63,967 bases of DNA. It comes from Ptychomitrium polyphyllum (Eukaryota). This document shows positions 23,761 to 38,300 of this stretch, piece by piece. The first letter of the stretch is position 1, and the number at the start of each line of letters is the position of its first letter. The notes under the pieces were generated by a model that saw only the letters and a program-made list of their open reading frames with translations, made no database searches and had not been told where the DNA came from. Made by a program: the position numbers and the translations under genes. The stretch lies in NCBI GenBank assembly GCA_973851085.1, contig OZ316775.1, forward strand, positions 2,914,001-2,977,967. Reading direction: 5' to 3'.

Positions 23761-25661
23761 CAACTTTGATAGTAAATATGGAATTTAGAAGTCTTATTTG
23801 TTTAAACATAAGATATTGTTAATCTTAGAAGCATCATGTAATGAATATTAGTGTATAATAGTGTTATATTTAACAGAATATAATAGAATAATTTGTCTAT
23901 TATACAAATGAACTTATCTAAGTGAAGATTTGATTTCTTGTATATCATATTCTTGTGCATTTAAGGAAATGGACCTAATAACGTTTCAACACTTGGAATA
24001 TTTGTACTAAGCTTGCGGCTTGTGTATTATTTATATTTTTCTCATTTTGCCTTAGTAAGAGAAGAATTGGAAAAGCACTTATTATGAATTTTGAATACAA
24101 ACAACCAATAAAGGATAATTAAATTTGAGGGTGCAAAACATATAGATTGCTTTATAATTTTGATAATTATTTATTATGTATTGGATTCACATTTCCAACA
24201 TTTTATAAGTATATTTAGAATACCATTTATTTTATATGATTGTAACTTGAACATTTATGGAAGACTTTAATTCATGAAGATCTTTAATTTTTTTACTTTT
24301 ATACTAAATAGCACCATAGCTTTATAGTTGTGTAGTTTTTGCATGTTTTGGAAGTAGATGTCTGGTGATGATTGAATGAATTTAGAATAGCATTAATTTT
24401 ATATTGTATTGTATAGTAAATTCTTACAACATTTCAAAGTTATATATGATATTATTGAACAACTAATGCTTATGTATTTTTTGGAATAGTAAACATTGTA
24501 TAATAATATAAAGTATAAATAATGTTTTACGTTTTAGAAGAATGGACTATTATTCAAAAGAAGACTCTAAAATGACAACAATCTCAATTATTGCTATAAT
24601 TAGAATTATATGACTATTCACATGTTCCCTATAACAATTCATTTATATTTCACCTCACAAGACTAAGAGAGCTTACTTCCAAAAAAAATAATGCAAACCA
24701 TAAGAAAAATATATAACTTCATTCAATCAATATTAATACTTAAAATTTTTGATGGGTGGCTATTCTTATAACCATTACAAAAGTGAAAATGAGTCTTTTT
24801 TTAATATTAAGTGAAATCTAGTATCTAGTTACAAAATGTTCATATAATCACACAACCACAAATATGACACACATGTATTACACAAATATGACAGATATGT
24901 ATTATATATATCTTGTTAAGCTTAAAATGCCAAACGCATTAGAGCAATACATGAGCCTCATATAACGAAAAGTAAGCATTGAAAAACATTGTACCTTAAT
25001 TGTCTTTCTTGCAAGCTGAGACTCTACCAATGGGGTTTTTTCCTACATTATGTGGTTTAATAGCTAAATATGGATTATAGAAATAACATGTGATGACTTT
25101 TAGAGAACTGTCTACATGAGCACCATGGGTTCACGCAAATGGATTACTAATTTACTGGTGCTCACTCGGATAATGCTTGGTTATCAATGTGCGGCCACTG
25201 ACTCTCACCAACCTGGTCATTTCCATGGTGGCACAACCACCAGTAACAGCTTAATGTTAAATGAATATGTTCATTCCTCCAGAAAATTAAAGTTCTCACT
25301 TTTTAGGAAACATCATGAATATCCTGGTCACTGCGAAGCTCGTGCATTTGGCAGTTGCAAGTTGTTTATCTAAGTTGACTATAAAGCTTGAGCGGAGCTT
25401 GGTATCTAATAGAGTTACTTTGTTATGTCGGGGTAGGCTTCCCATCTCTCACGAAAGTTGACGAAGTTTGAGTTTGCAATTATGTTTGGGACACAAGTAT
25501 ACTTCGCAATATACATTGTCTTCTGCCTTTATTTTGAGTGCCCTGTTTCTCATGATTGTCACAAGAAACTAGTATAAAATTTCAGGGTCGCCATCCATCG
25601 CATTTCAATACTGCTCAAACTCAGGCAAACGAGTTTCTCTAATTGCAATCTGCTATCCTCT

Positions 25662-28600
25662 TCACTGTGCTCTAGGAACTAATCGAATTTTGCCTTCCTG
25701 TAGAAGTTCTTCTAACACTGGTCCATTTTGCCAAGGTGCAAATTTGGTAGCCAATTGTTTCAATCGCATTGATGCAGAACTCAAGTTGGTTATAAGAGTA
25801 TTTTTACGCACGGGACTTTCACGTGGGAGTGCAAAAAGAACACGATTTACGTCCTCGTCAACCTTCAACTCGTATACCTCCTCAAACACCTGCAGCCAAT
25901 GTTATGCACAAATATGAGATGGTGCACTGTCCCTGCGAGTATCTATAAATGGAGTTCATACCCTCTGTGAGCACCGTTTTTCGCATTAACGATTAAGCCA
26001 TTCTGCAGAAGACCATTCAACTAAATCAGCTGACGGAGAATATTCTGTTTTAGGAAGTTTACCTTCTGAAGCTTTGTAGCTGCTGAAGACTGTGCTCCTG
26101 CAGCGCGGGAGACCACATTGACGGCCAGCACGCCTCCGTCCACCAGTGCTGCCTTGGCTGCATCAAGGAAGGATTCTTCTAGAAACCCTTGCGGTGGACA
26201 GCTCATTTCCAAGCTGACATACACACCAACCCATGCCTAATTTAATACAGCCTCTCAACAGCACTTACTATCCACGTCATATATAAACAGAAATGACTGT
26301 TACTGATTGAGTAATACCACTACGGGAAGGTTGAGTGCATGCGAGTGCATACCTTGAGTCGCCAGCATCTGCATCAACAATCAGAACATGCAACCTTCGG
26401 TCCTTCACTGGTCTTGAGCTTCCGCTAATATGACTCGCAGCCAGATTATCTGAAAGCTCAGCAATTAATGGCTCTTCAACAGGTAAATCAGCTGCCCGTC
26501 CGATTGCATGCACTGCTTCTATACCATCCCCTATCTGAAGCTGCAACATTAAATGTGGAAATGTCAAAGCGATCACGGGAATGCAAATATTCTAGCAGGT
26601 AAACCACGTAATTTTTTCCCTTACCCAAGAAAGATATCACGCCCTGTGCATCAATTGACACATAACAATACTAAGAAGTTGAAGCCTTAGTTGCAGAATC
26701 AAAACACACAGCATAGATTACCTCCATACGGTCATTTTCTACAAACCCAAAGTGACGCTTAGCCAAATCTCCAATTACCTCATCCAACTCAATCACCTGA
26801 AACAAGGTACCAAGTAGCATGAGATAACTACATAAACCAAACAAAAATCACGACAATTTTCCATTGACTTCTAATATTAAAAAAGAAGAATCAGATTCCT
26901 ATCCACATATATCTGCTACCTACTTCTCTGCCGTAAATATAAGTAAGTTGAGAGAAACCTCAATATGATCGACTGGAAGATGATTATGAAAAAACATGGG
27001 CAACAATCCTGCTCCAAGCCCCACCACCATCACTCTTACCTGCGAGGTTAGACTTATTAATTGGGTCCTTACCATCAGAAATTAAGGTTAAAAATTATTA
27101 TCAGACATCAAGCACACTGCATGGATATCCACCATTGGTCCAAAAAACTACCCTCCTACTTCAAAGAAACAATTCACGAAAGGTACGTGCAATATTTTGA
27201 GATAAAATAGTGATTTCATTCACGAAGCCGTTGACCATAAGTAAGCCATAGTGTGTGCACTGTATGTTTTGAAGGCATGATAAAACAAGAAAGTGTTGGA
27301 AAGGGTGTAGTATATTTACTGGCTCTTTGGTGGACAAACTTTGATCTAAGTTGTAAGTAATTAACGCAAGGCCGGCAACCATCCCTGCGTGATAACTACT
27401 AGCCAACTGACTGTGATCCACCCTGTATTCCTCCTTCGCACCTGTAATCGAAGGTTTGCAAAACGTGAGTCCCTCAATATACTCAACCAGCAAAATGTAA
27501 CCAACGGTTCTAACCTGACTCCAAAAACAAGTTGCATAAACACATAACTTTGAAGGGGGAGTTTTATTGAAAGTAGATGAGATTTGCCAGCTACAGAACG
27601 AAAAAACAAAAAAGGAAGAAAATATAGAAGGCATAATCAAGAACAGTACTGCAAATATAATTCCAACAACGTACAGTCAAGACAGTGAACAAAATCAAGA
27701 TAACCACAGAATACAATGCTTATACGGAAGTACCTTGTTTACTATCTTGCAGTGGTTCCTTCACTTTGCCCTTCTTCTTTTTCTTCTTCTGCGCTCTTTG
27801 TTGCGCATCATCAGCAACTGCTGAGTATGGTACTAATATTGCATCAGACTGGATAAGGTTGGGATTCCTGTCAAAAATAAGGCGACGATAGAAGCTCTGT
27901 GTTGTGGCTGAGACACTATCTTCACTGCTTTTCTTGTATTCAAGTACCACGTCTTCGACCTTTATTGTACCTGTAATTGGGGAATTTATCTGCCAAGTTC
28001 AATGACCAGTTTAGCATACTATTAGATATACTAAAGACTCGAAGGTTGAAAGTAGCAGTATCAGTATGTTAATTTTAGAAAGCATTCAATAGGTCAGATT
28101 CAATTACAAAAAGGTCACTCTAGTCGCAAGTTTTACAACGTTTCAAATGCTTAAGATAAAAAAACTACACGATGTATACCTCTTCTATAACAGTTCTTCG
28201 GTGTACTCCATCATCTGTGGTCATGTATCTGTTTAATCAAACATTTCTTAGCCAACTGATTCGATAAGAGCTGGGTAAACCAGACTTCATACTTTCCGAA
28301 ACGCAAAACTACCCAAACAGTGCAAAATGGTAATGGGCAGTTGTTTAAACTTACGGAATAACTTTAGAATCCTTGCAGTCAAGTGGCAGGAAAAACTTCA
28401 CGACATGAGACAGCTCGTCCTGCATTGTACCAGTCCAGTCCCATACTTACATACTAAGAATAAATACTCTTTTGGAGTAGGAAAACGCACAATTTATTTG
28501 GCCCGGGGACATTTATAGACAAAGAGAAGTCGGCAGAAAAACAACTGATTACTTGAAGATACAAGCTAGCATTCACAGAGAAACAGTGCTTGAAAGTAAT

Positions 28601-31235
28601 TGTCGAGATCTTCATGACAACAAATTCACAGCAAGCACCCTATAGCCAGTTTACCTATTTCGAGTTAAACATACCAAAAAAATTGTGTACGATAGGAGAA
28701 AGATTCTTTGAAAACGAAATGAAACTTGGGGATACCTGAACAGCGGCTAAGCTTCCTGGATACTGCTGAGTATCTAACATGACCTGCATGTAAGTGACGT
28801 AAGAACGAAAGTGTCATGCCCAAAATCGATGTATTTGATGATCTTCGAATAAACTCTACTTACGACAATTATTTACAAAGTAGAAATCCATGGTTGTTGA
28901 TAGACACGTAAAAACCAGAGACAAGTGAAACTCAGATACGAATAATCACACCATGCTAACTTGCCATATTAAAATAACGGTCCAGAAAAAAAAGGTGGAA
29001 CTAGATTACCATTAAAAGCCGACCTGCTTTTGCAGCCTCAATAATCTCCCACTGTCCTTTCTCGGTAGAGAAAAGCCATTCATGAGCTCGACCCTGCACA
29101 AAGGCATAAATACTTTATAAAGCATACATTGCAATACGTAAGTTCCAGTGATACTTGCTCAGCCATATGGGCCTCACCGGGAACTGGCATCTTGCTTGAC
29201 CCTTCAAAAGTACAACACAGACATGAACTATACATAATGCAGTGGTCTCTCCAGAAATAAGCTAAAAACTCGCAAGCCTTAAAATGTTCTTATTGCATCA
29301 ACCCGTGATTAACGATAAACACAATGCAACAAAAGAACTAATTAACTTGAAAATCAAGTAATCATAGCTTAAGAGTACAGAAGTCTTCATAAGCTTACCC
29401 TAGGGACTAAGAAAACAGCTGCCTTAAACATGTGAGGTCCAGAACCGGGCTTGGAATCAAGGATCACTGCAGGATAGTGACCTCCTAACCTCACTGCTCT
29501 TACTTTGCCTGGACTTAATTCGTCATATTCAGAATAGTCCTCTTCAATTGGCTGATCCTGTAACGCACCACCAAATCTACCAGCTCCAAAAGCTGTACGC
29601 AATTTGTTTTCTTCTTCAATCACATTCATCACACATTTCATCTGCATCGCAGGAAAGCCTTCAGAACACGAATATTATAGAATATGTCAAGTTCCTCGTA
29701 CCTGATAGATTACTACAGCTTGGTGAACATCAGGCTAACATGATGTTTAATTTGACTCATCATTTCTAACCTACATGTTCTGTCCAAAAGAAATCACCAT
29801 GCAGATATAGAGCATTCAACCGCTGGACATGGTGACACTGCAACTTGAACAACTTCTTTTATGCTACCAGCAATGTATTGTCAACGAGAAAGATGCACAT
29901 ATGCCTGACCTGCTCTGCATTAGCTGCTACAGGATTGACTTCTTCTAAAGAAGCTCGCACAGAAGAAATCTCAGCCGAATCCGTCTTTGTAGCCACAACG
30001 AGCAGAGGCTGCAAGATCGATGAAGAATCATTTGACTCATCTTGCACTTGATGTACTACAACATCCCAACCAATCCTGAAATGTCCAAGCAGTAACTCTG
30101 GTTCCCCACACGTTCAGGTACCATAAGTTTAGAACCTAAAGATCACGCGATACATTCACGTCTTGCTAATGAATTGGTTGCCAACTTGTCTAAGACTAGA
30201 CATGAAGGGAGTTCACGCACCTATTACGTGTTGCTGAGCAAGTGTAATACAAACATATTTTCCACCGTTCCTCAACACTCGCTTCACCTGCCATGGGTAT
30301 AACAAACGATCGTCACTAGATTTGAAGAACACTACTTATCAAAAAAACATACCACCATACTGTAACAATTTCACATTTCTAACAGAAGGATATGCTAACA
30401 ATTTAATAAGAGAATGACACAAACAAGCGAGTTTCCTGGAAAGGAAAGATGGAATCAGACCTCAGAAAGAAGCCCATCCGCTGCGATTTGAGGTTCATCT
30501 GGCTCTCCCGTCAGTGCGTCCAAACTCCCCTTGTCCAACACTACGTCGAATAAATTATCTGCAAACTGTAAAGGGCCGAAAATACATCACTACCACAACT
30601 CAAAGTGACCTCATCATCTCCCACATCGGAGTAAAACAGCAAAAACCTCCAGCAGCTGCCCCATTTTCTCAATTCGTGTGCTAAAAGGGCACCGATAAAG
30701 AGGCCTCTGTGCAAATGCTATCTCATGATCCGAATTGATCAAGCTCAGATATAAGATCCTTTCCAAGCAGGAAAAATTACGAAATGCGACCTCTGGAGCT
30801 CTAGCAGTTCAAGGTAGAAGGCAGGGTTAGGGTGATGACCTGCAGTTTGGTGATATCCATAACCTGCCATCGCATCAAAGGGCGAGCGCGCACATTTAAC
30901 CGCAACATCTCGGCCACTACGCGCTTGTTGAAGTCCACATTGACAATCTTCTGGAACCCAGCGTCGTACATCGCCGCTGACAGCCTCGAGTTCCCGCACC
31001 CAGGCACCAAAATCTCCAGCGGCGGCTTCCGGTTGGGGCTCAAGCCCAGCAGCTCCTGGAACACCTTGGGCAGCGACACCCAATCGCCGTACCACTCAAA
31101 CGGCCGCCCCTGGCTGGCCTTGAAAAACTGGTCCCAGTAGCTCTCTTGCCGAAAATCCGTGAGTGCCGCCGGCAGTAGTACCGAGCCTGCTGCGCCCGGC
31201 ATTGCCATCCCCTCCACCTTCCTCAACTTCCCCAT
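25662..31235 (-). CDS. METTL13: eEF1A lysine/N-terminal dual methyltransferase (METTL13-like), about 16 exons
   Basis: Exon 1 (31235-30840) encodes DFRQESYWDQFF..FEWYG..ILVPGCGNSRLS..VDF. Then FDVVLDKGSLDAL, GRAHEWLFSTEKGQW, YRRLIFDRNPNLIQS, LASSYHAGM, VVGLGAGLLPMF, VIELDEVI, LIVDAD, CPPQGF, LAVNVVSR and DVNRVLFA. Introns are GT-AG and the stop is at 25662-25664. No lesions seen. Confidence 0.93.
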
Positions 31236-32044
31236 CTTCGCTCACTCCCGCACCCTCTCTCGCTACTCGCCTGTCTCAGTTCCACACCCACATCCGCCCA
31301 CCGCTGCAAAGTTCACTCATTAGGGCACATTTCAATCTAGCACCTGCAGAGAAATCTAAACCGTGGAGAGATTTCTGTGAGAATTTTAGAGAATCAGGCT
31401 GCAGAAGCCTAGCAACGGAGGACTGCTTACAAGGAACTTTTTGGTTAATGAAACGAGAGAAACCACTCGCCATACTTATGAAACAACTCTCTTCGACCGA
31501 CGAAAGCGATACTTGAACTTCGACGCATGGGTATCGCCTGTAGTATCACCCGGGTATATTGGATTCTCCAGTGGTAGAGAGGGCAATAGATCCCTGCGTG
31601 AAATTTCTGTTTTCGTGGATATGCTGGGTGATTCTTCAGTGTACGGTCCTCTTCAATGGATTTGGATTTGCAGCAGAATGATGGACGTCAGTCGCAACCT
31701 ATCGTTCATTTAAGTTACGGTTGTTTCTCGCAGTTCATGTTGCATTGCACGAATGGAGCGTGCCATCATTCACATGAGAATGCGGCGTAAGGCACCTTTT
31801 TGAGGTATGGAAATCTTCAGGCTTGAAATTTTGAGAGAGGAGATTTATGATTCCATGTGAGTGGTTTTGAGGATGGAGTTGGGGCTCAAATTGCGTTCTT
31901 GGGTGATTGAGTTGCTCCATGGCTTCGTCTTCTTTGAAACGTAGTTAGTGGGACAGTGTTTGGGTTTGGTGGTACAGAAGCCCTTATTCCTGTAGGCTGT
32001 TGTGTTTTGGCGCAGAGAGGAGCAATTGCGAATTTTCTTCAGCG
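31236..32044. promoter_or_regulatory. Shared divergent promoter/5' UTR interval between the METTL13-like and PPR5-like genes
   Basis: The two start codons are about 810 bp apart and point away from each other. Confidence 0.55.
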
Positions 32045-34504
32045 ATGATGTCCGTCATTTTTACGCCCACACGGAGCCTCCCACCGTGCGGGTTTTCTTT
32101 CGCTCGCCCTACCGCCACCCTTCCTCGCCGTTCTCTGTCCATTTGCGCGGCTAAACGGCCTTTTACGAACGCTACACCAGCTTTCCGCCCTTCTATCCCC
32201 TCTATTCTCAGAACCCTGACTGCTGGCCAAGCTTCTGTCGTCGAGGTGAGAATCAGTTTCTTTCTACAGTCTCATCCAGCCCAGCCGCAGATTTCTGTCC
32301 GCTTCGGCCACTTGTAATGTTTTATTTTCATCATACCTTCCGCCTTTGCTGGATACTCAATTTGTAGCTCTTACATGCTGTTTCAGGTTCTTGAGAGCCA
32401 GTCAACGTTTATGAGGTCGTCTGATTGGTTTGGACTTTTGGAAGGGCTTGGGAAACAAAACAAATGGACACTTACTCTTGAGGTATCCGTAGTTATTTTC
32501 CCATTACCTTCGCTGAGTTGTGGGAGTGGTTTTCTTGTGCTTTTCGTCCCTGCAATCTAAGTTGAAAGGATCTTAAATCCTAATCTTTGTATACTTTGCT
32601 ACTTGTGTATATTATCTGCAGGAATTACGATCATGATAAACCCCAAACCCCACCCCGTAAGTTTGAATTCCTTTCAGGTTTTGTTAGAATTTTGAAACAA
32701 ATGGATGTTCGCTCATTTCTTTCAGGTGTTCAGGTGGATGCAAAGGCAGAAATGGTACAAGCATGATGACGGATTCTATTCTAAGCTCATTGTGATTATG
32801 GGCAAGGCCAAGCAGCTACGGATGGCAGTCTGGCTCTTCAATGAAGCGAAGCGAAGTGGGGCTCGACCTGATACTTCTTTGTACAATGCACTCATAACTG
32901 CCTACCTTTACAGCAAGGATAGAGGAAGAGGATTCGAAAAAGCTCTGCGACTTCTTGAAGCAATGAAGACAAAAACAAAGTATGTGTGTTTTCTAGGGGC
33001 TGCAATTTTCTTTTCTCAGTATACTGCTGTTGTATCTCACGTGATTGCTTCGCATTTCTAGCTGATGCCTTCTCCTTGACACTTAAATCTATGAATTGAC
33101 TTGATGGATCAATGAGCTCAATATTGAAATTTCATTTCTGGCAGATGCCAACCGAATTTGGTGACGTACAATATTCTTCTGAGGGCTAGTGCACAAGCAT
33201 GTGATGTTGCCAGGGTGGAGAGATTCTTTAAGGAGATGGAGGCAGCCAGGATATATCCTGATCTGGTATCCTACAATGGAGTCATCGGTGCTTATGGCAA
33301 GGCTGGAGACTATGTGCAAATGGAGAAGACGTTGTTTGTTATGAGAATGCAGAAGCACATTAAGCCTGACAATGTGACATCTAACACCCTCATTGAAGCA
33401 TATGGCCGCGGGAAGGACTTTGTTAAGATGGAACAAGTGAGCATGGATTTTAGAATGGATTACTTTGACACCTTTGAATCTTGAGATACTTTGTATCTGC
33501 TTTAGGGAATAACTTGAATGTTATAACTTCAGATGTTTATTATGAGCTTGAATAATATTTCGCTGACATTGGTGTGTTACAGGTGCTGAAGAGTATGACA
33601 AGTTCCAAATCTCGACATAAACCTGACTTAAAAACTTATAACATCTTGATGAGCAATTATGCTCGGGCAGGAGATGTGGAAAATATGAAACGGTCCCTTG
33701 AAAGGATAGAAGTTGCAAATTACAAACCTAATCTCAGAAGTTATGAGATACTAATGACTGGATATGGTGATGTGGGCGCGTTTGCAAAAATGATCGAGTG
33801 TTTTTATCAACTGCGGGAGGCTGGTATACAGCCTCAGTTGTCCACTTTGAATGTCATGATTGGTGCATACTGTAAGCACAATGCATTCGAAGAAGCAGAG
33901 AAGCTTTTGAGCAACGCTGTGGAGTGGCTAATACATCCACGAACATCATCATACCTAATCATTCTAAGGTGAACCTAGACTCTCTTTTGATCTGGACACA
34001 TCTTCCAGAGTAATCAATGCTTAATCTTGCAAATCTGTAGACCATATATATGTAGTAATTCAACAACACCAAAGGGCATCAATCAGGTGTGAATATTACA
34101 AGACGACTTTACTATCCTTCCTTAACAGCAGCTGAATTTTATGGTCATGAACTGGTGATAACAATTCAAGAGTAACAGTTTATTTGCTGAATAAATAAGT
34201 ACATTCCTAATGTATATGGTGCTGTATTTGTAGGGCATATGCAAAGGAGAATCGATTGAGCGACATGGAGAGGCTGGTAGAACGCATGAAAATAGCTGAT
34301 ATTGCACCATGTGCAGCTACGTTTCTAGAAACTCTTGAATCATTCGGCTTGTCAAGTGGAAGTGTAGAAAACCTAACAGAAACTTCTGTGGAGGTTCCAG
34401 CGAATGATGATGATGATGTCGACCATGATAATGTCGCTGGTTTTGAGGGAACCGAGAATTTCAGCTCCCACATTCCGAATCTTTCGTATGGCAAAGATGA
34501 GTAA
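32045..34504 (+). CDS. PPR5: P-class pentatricopeptide repeat protein, PPR5/EMB2453-like, probably plastid-targeted
   Basis: Exons 32045-32245, 32387-32482, 32726-32979, 33145-33436, 33583-33968 and 34234-34504 splice in frame. The N-terminus is Ser/Arg/Pro-rich like a transit peptide. LGKQNKWTLTLEVFRWMQRQKWY..YSKLIVIMGK..RMAVWLF..RPDTSLYNALITA matches the PPR5 family signature. Confidence 0.88.
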
Positions 34505-36376
34505 TCGCTGCCCAAAAGAACCGTACACTGTATGCCACTTGAGATGGTCACACGGCTTACGTCTAGTTGGACAATTTCAAGAACAACCCTCTGAATTTCT
34601 TTACAGAGGTGAGAGTTGGATCTACCTTTCCCTTCTCTTGGATAACAAAAATGCCAAGCATGCTAGTCACTGCTACTGCAGAATAATCCTTGTTTTAGAT
34701 TCAAATCTGAACCTGATATGTGTGTTTATGATTCCTAACAATGGATTTGTTGTTGTGAGTGCCGTGATTGGCAGAAGAATTGCTGGGAGTATATGGTTAT
34801 CATTGGTGGAAGATTTAGCTGCACGTCTCATTCTTCCCTTACTCACATATCTCTTTGGACAACCTTTCTTCTGGATCCTGCCAGTGGAGCCGTTGCTGAT
34901 TTTAGGAGCATCATTCTGCTACCGGATGCAAAGGTCTTGGCAAGTACGTCATTAATCATTAGGTCTGATGAGACTGCATGGGACAACATTGCTAATGAAC
35001 CGGCATATACTCTTTTGTGACCTGGTTTTGACACTTGGCTCTGCCACTAAGGACGTCTACTATGTATACACATTCAGTACCAAGCTTGTAAGTCGGTAAC
35101 AGATAGAACTTGCCGAGCCCAAATAGTCATATTTGGACCAAGTATGTAAGACCTCCATATCTGCTGTCAAGACCTTTTGAGACTACGTATTTGCGTCTAA
35201 TTAGTACGGTAGTATTGCTTGCCTTCGTGCTCGCACCCGCAGCCAGTTCCGAATACTACCAAGCATGCTCAGCAATGATTGTTAAATGTTCAGCTAATGT
35301 CGCAAATCTTAAGTAAGTGCAACATGCTTTTTTAACACGCAGCTATTTCAAGTCACTTTCATCTACGAAGCTTCTCTTGCATCTATGTTTCAGAGTCCAC
35401 GTGCATGGCCGTCAGTTGACTTATGTCTCATGACGATACCGGTGGCTGGAAATCTTGATCCAATTTAGATAGTCTCCTGTTTTAGAGGCAGACTTTGGTG
35501 CAGTCCCAATCATCAGTTTTATCGTCTCACTTCGAGTGATCTCCAATGTAAGACTTTAAGTCAGTACCTTCTCTACAGAAATACAGAACTTTGGTAGTAA
35601 TGTGAAAACCAAGTAAGCAGTCAGAAATAAAGGACTTCTTGCAGGAACTGAACTCCGCTTGCCAAATCATTTCAGGAAGGCTGTCGCGCACCTAGAACAC
35701 CAATTTCACTAATCCAATTCTGGCTCAGGATTCGCTAGTTAACCTTGACAGCTACTCTTAGCATCCCAAACTTCACCTAAAACTAATTTCTAGAGATCCC
35801 ACTCACTTTGCCATTCCATCATAACTTTGAAATCCCCTTGAACTCGAACTTCAAAATCGAGTACACCAAAAGGTGACTGAAGTGACTTCCGTCAATCTGC
35901 TTGAAACTTCATGTCCATCTCGCTCAAGTAATCTCGTGTTCATGCACTCATAATGTTGGTGCATATGATGGAGTGGATTCTGAAGAAGACGGCGGCGGCG
36001 ATTGATAATAACTCAGCCCCTTTTCTCGTCACAGATCTCGATGCAATCACCCATCACTCCTTTATGACAGCCACCTGCGCTTGCTTGCGTTCTTGCTACG
36101 TAAACCCCGCATAAAAGGCATCCCTGTTCAAGAATCTCTACTAATTCCCTCCAACACTGTAGAAAACTCAGTTTCCGCTCATTGACTATCCTCGTTGCTC
36201 AGTACTCTTGAAACAGCGTCTTTCGAATCCTCAGAAGTTCTTGGTAGCGGATTGAATGGAATTGGGGTTAGGGGAAGGAATCTGGGGATGAGTTTTAGGT
36301 GGCATGGTGGATTCGTTCGTGAATTCTTTAGGTTAGTTTGGTGATTGTTTGTTGGTTTAGTGATTAGCCTGTTGCC

Positions 36377-37334
36377 ATGTCAAAGCGGCAGCGTTTCTTT
36401 GTGGAGCTGCGTGAGGGTGAGGTCACCGTGATTTCTTGGAAGAAGTTGATTGCAGATGCGGGGCGAGTCTTGGATGTGACCCGAGTTGCTGCGGCGCCAC
36501 CCAAACCTTCTGTAGCCGCTCTTACTCCTCCCTTGAATGCCAACGTTCCAGAGAATTTGAACATGGCAGAGAACTCTCTTGTGAGTGGGAAATTAATCTT
36601 CTTTCACCAATCCATCGCTATAGCTGTGAGGATGTTGTTATACTAATTCGCTTTCTCAGTTTCTCTCCGCTTTGAACTAATTTCCTTTCATATGTTTGTA
36701 CATAATCCTCCAGAACTCGATTGCCTTTAGACCACAAACAAACACCTGTGTAGAAATCAAGAAGATTATTTAACCTAGATGGGAGTACAGTGTCCATTTG
36801 CCTCTTGTCTTAATTCCATTACAGTAACTGTGACGACGTCGTAGAAAGTTTAGAATATCCCCCGCACATGGTTGTACTTAGTCCTTACTTCCGAAGTAGA
36901 TCACTGATAGTAATGGCAATTCTCTCGTGCAGAAACCTAGAAGAAAACTGAAACTGGAGGTTCCATCCAGCAAAGCGATCATCACGGTGCCTACGTTTGC
37001 AGCAGCAGAGCGGAAATGGCGGGGAAGTCCTCTCGAGGACAGAAGCATAAACTCTTCCTGTGAACTCAAGCTCTGGGAGAAGGCTCGGAAACAAAAGGCG
37101 AACGTGAATATGATCAAAGCGGTGAAGGATGAGTTAGACGAAATTGCAAAGCAGGTGGCGGTGAGGGGTGAGGTGCACCGATCGATATCAATTCCGTGTG
37201 CTTCAGGTCGTGCCAAGATCAGCTGCCGCACCGAGAAGAAGGCCCAAGCGTGCTTCCGCTGTCCCAAAAAGGGCAACCAAACAGGAGGAGAGCTTTCCAA
37301 CAGGTCTGCCACAAATAGGAGCTCAGTTTTGTAG
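36377..37334 (+). CDS. Short protein (about 212 aa) with a ubinuclein N-terminal motif and no recognisable HRD or middle domain
   Basis: Exon 1 (36377-36580) is MSKRQRFFVELREGEVTVISWKKLIADA, resembling the plant UBN motif VELRPGETTIVSWKKL, with a GTGAGT donor. An in-frame acceptor at 36899 opens an ORF to the stop at 37332-37334. The exon 2 boundary is inferred. Confidence 0.6.
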
Positions 37335-38300
37335 AAAATTCTAGTCCCGAGTACCTGTCAACTTCGTTTTCTCATAGATCATTTCAAACTAGCTCACCAT
37401 ATAGATAGATTTGAAGTTTTGGTTCCATGACAGTGGGCAGAGATTGCGAAGCTGGGAGCTGTAGGTTGGAATTAGTCAAAATCCTCGATTTGTTCAAAGT
37501 TGAGGTGTACACATCATGTTTCAGAAACTCCATTTTTTTGTACGAAATTGCTAGAAAACTATCTTCATGTGCGGATTCGAGCTTGCCACTGGTTTGAAAT
37601 GTTGTCTTTACATACCGTAGCTCCTTTGCTCAATGTAGTTCAGCCGATGGGCCCTTTCATGCTGCTTGTTTTGTACGTGAAAGCTTCTCCTTACTGTAAC
37701 TACAAGGAACAGTTCTGTCTTCGCTTTTACAGTCATGACCATGTCTTCTTCTTGTTTCAGGAGATCAGGCAATCGCATGAACTTGTTCTGGAGAAGAGTC
37801 AACGTTGTCGAAATTTTCTAGAACTTACTGCAAGCTTCTGTACTGTCTCGGTTCGCATCAGTTTCGAAATCGGTCGACTGTTAGATTACGAGGAGGCTCT
37901 ATTCTAGTGAAAAAGATGTCTTCCTATCTGAGCGCAGAGATTAAGGGGATGACAGAGGCTTGTAAGGTTCAGCAACCTCTTTCTCTGCTTGCTGAGATTT
38001 GGGATAGACTGGTGTTCTTGCAACGGTTTAGCGCATCGACACCAATCTGTTGTTTCTGGAGCGCAAAGCTACTAGCCTGGTTGTCCATGGTTGCAGAAAC
38101 GCACTACAAATGCCTTCAAAGAATGTGCACGAGGATAATAATCACAGGTTGATCGTAGACGACGTGGTCTAATCTACATCTTCCTAGATTTTGGGTGAGG
38201 CTGTTCCTAGATTCTAGGAGAAGCGAGAACTAAAAGAGTGATTTGCATGCTATGTGCACTCCAAGTGTTTTGGAAGTTTGTAGAAAATTTGAAGACTTAT

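Noticed and set aside
34404..34955. 183-aa ORF overlapping the PPR stop
   Set aside because: It is an alternative frame through the Asp-codon run and 3' UTR, with no domain features.
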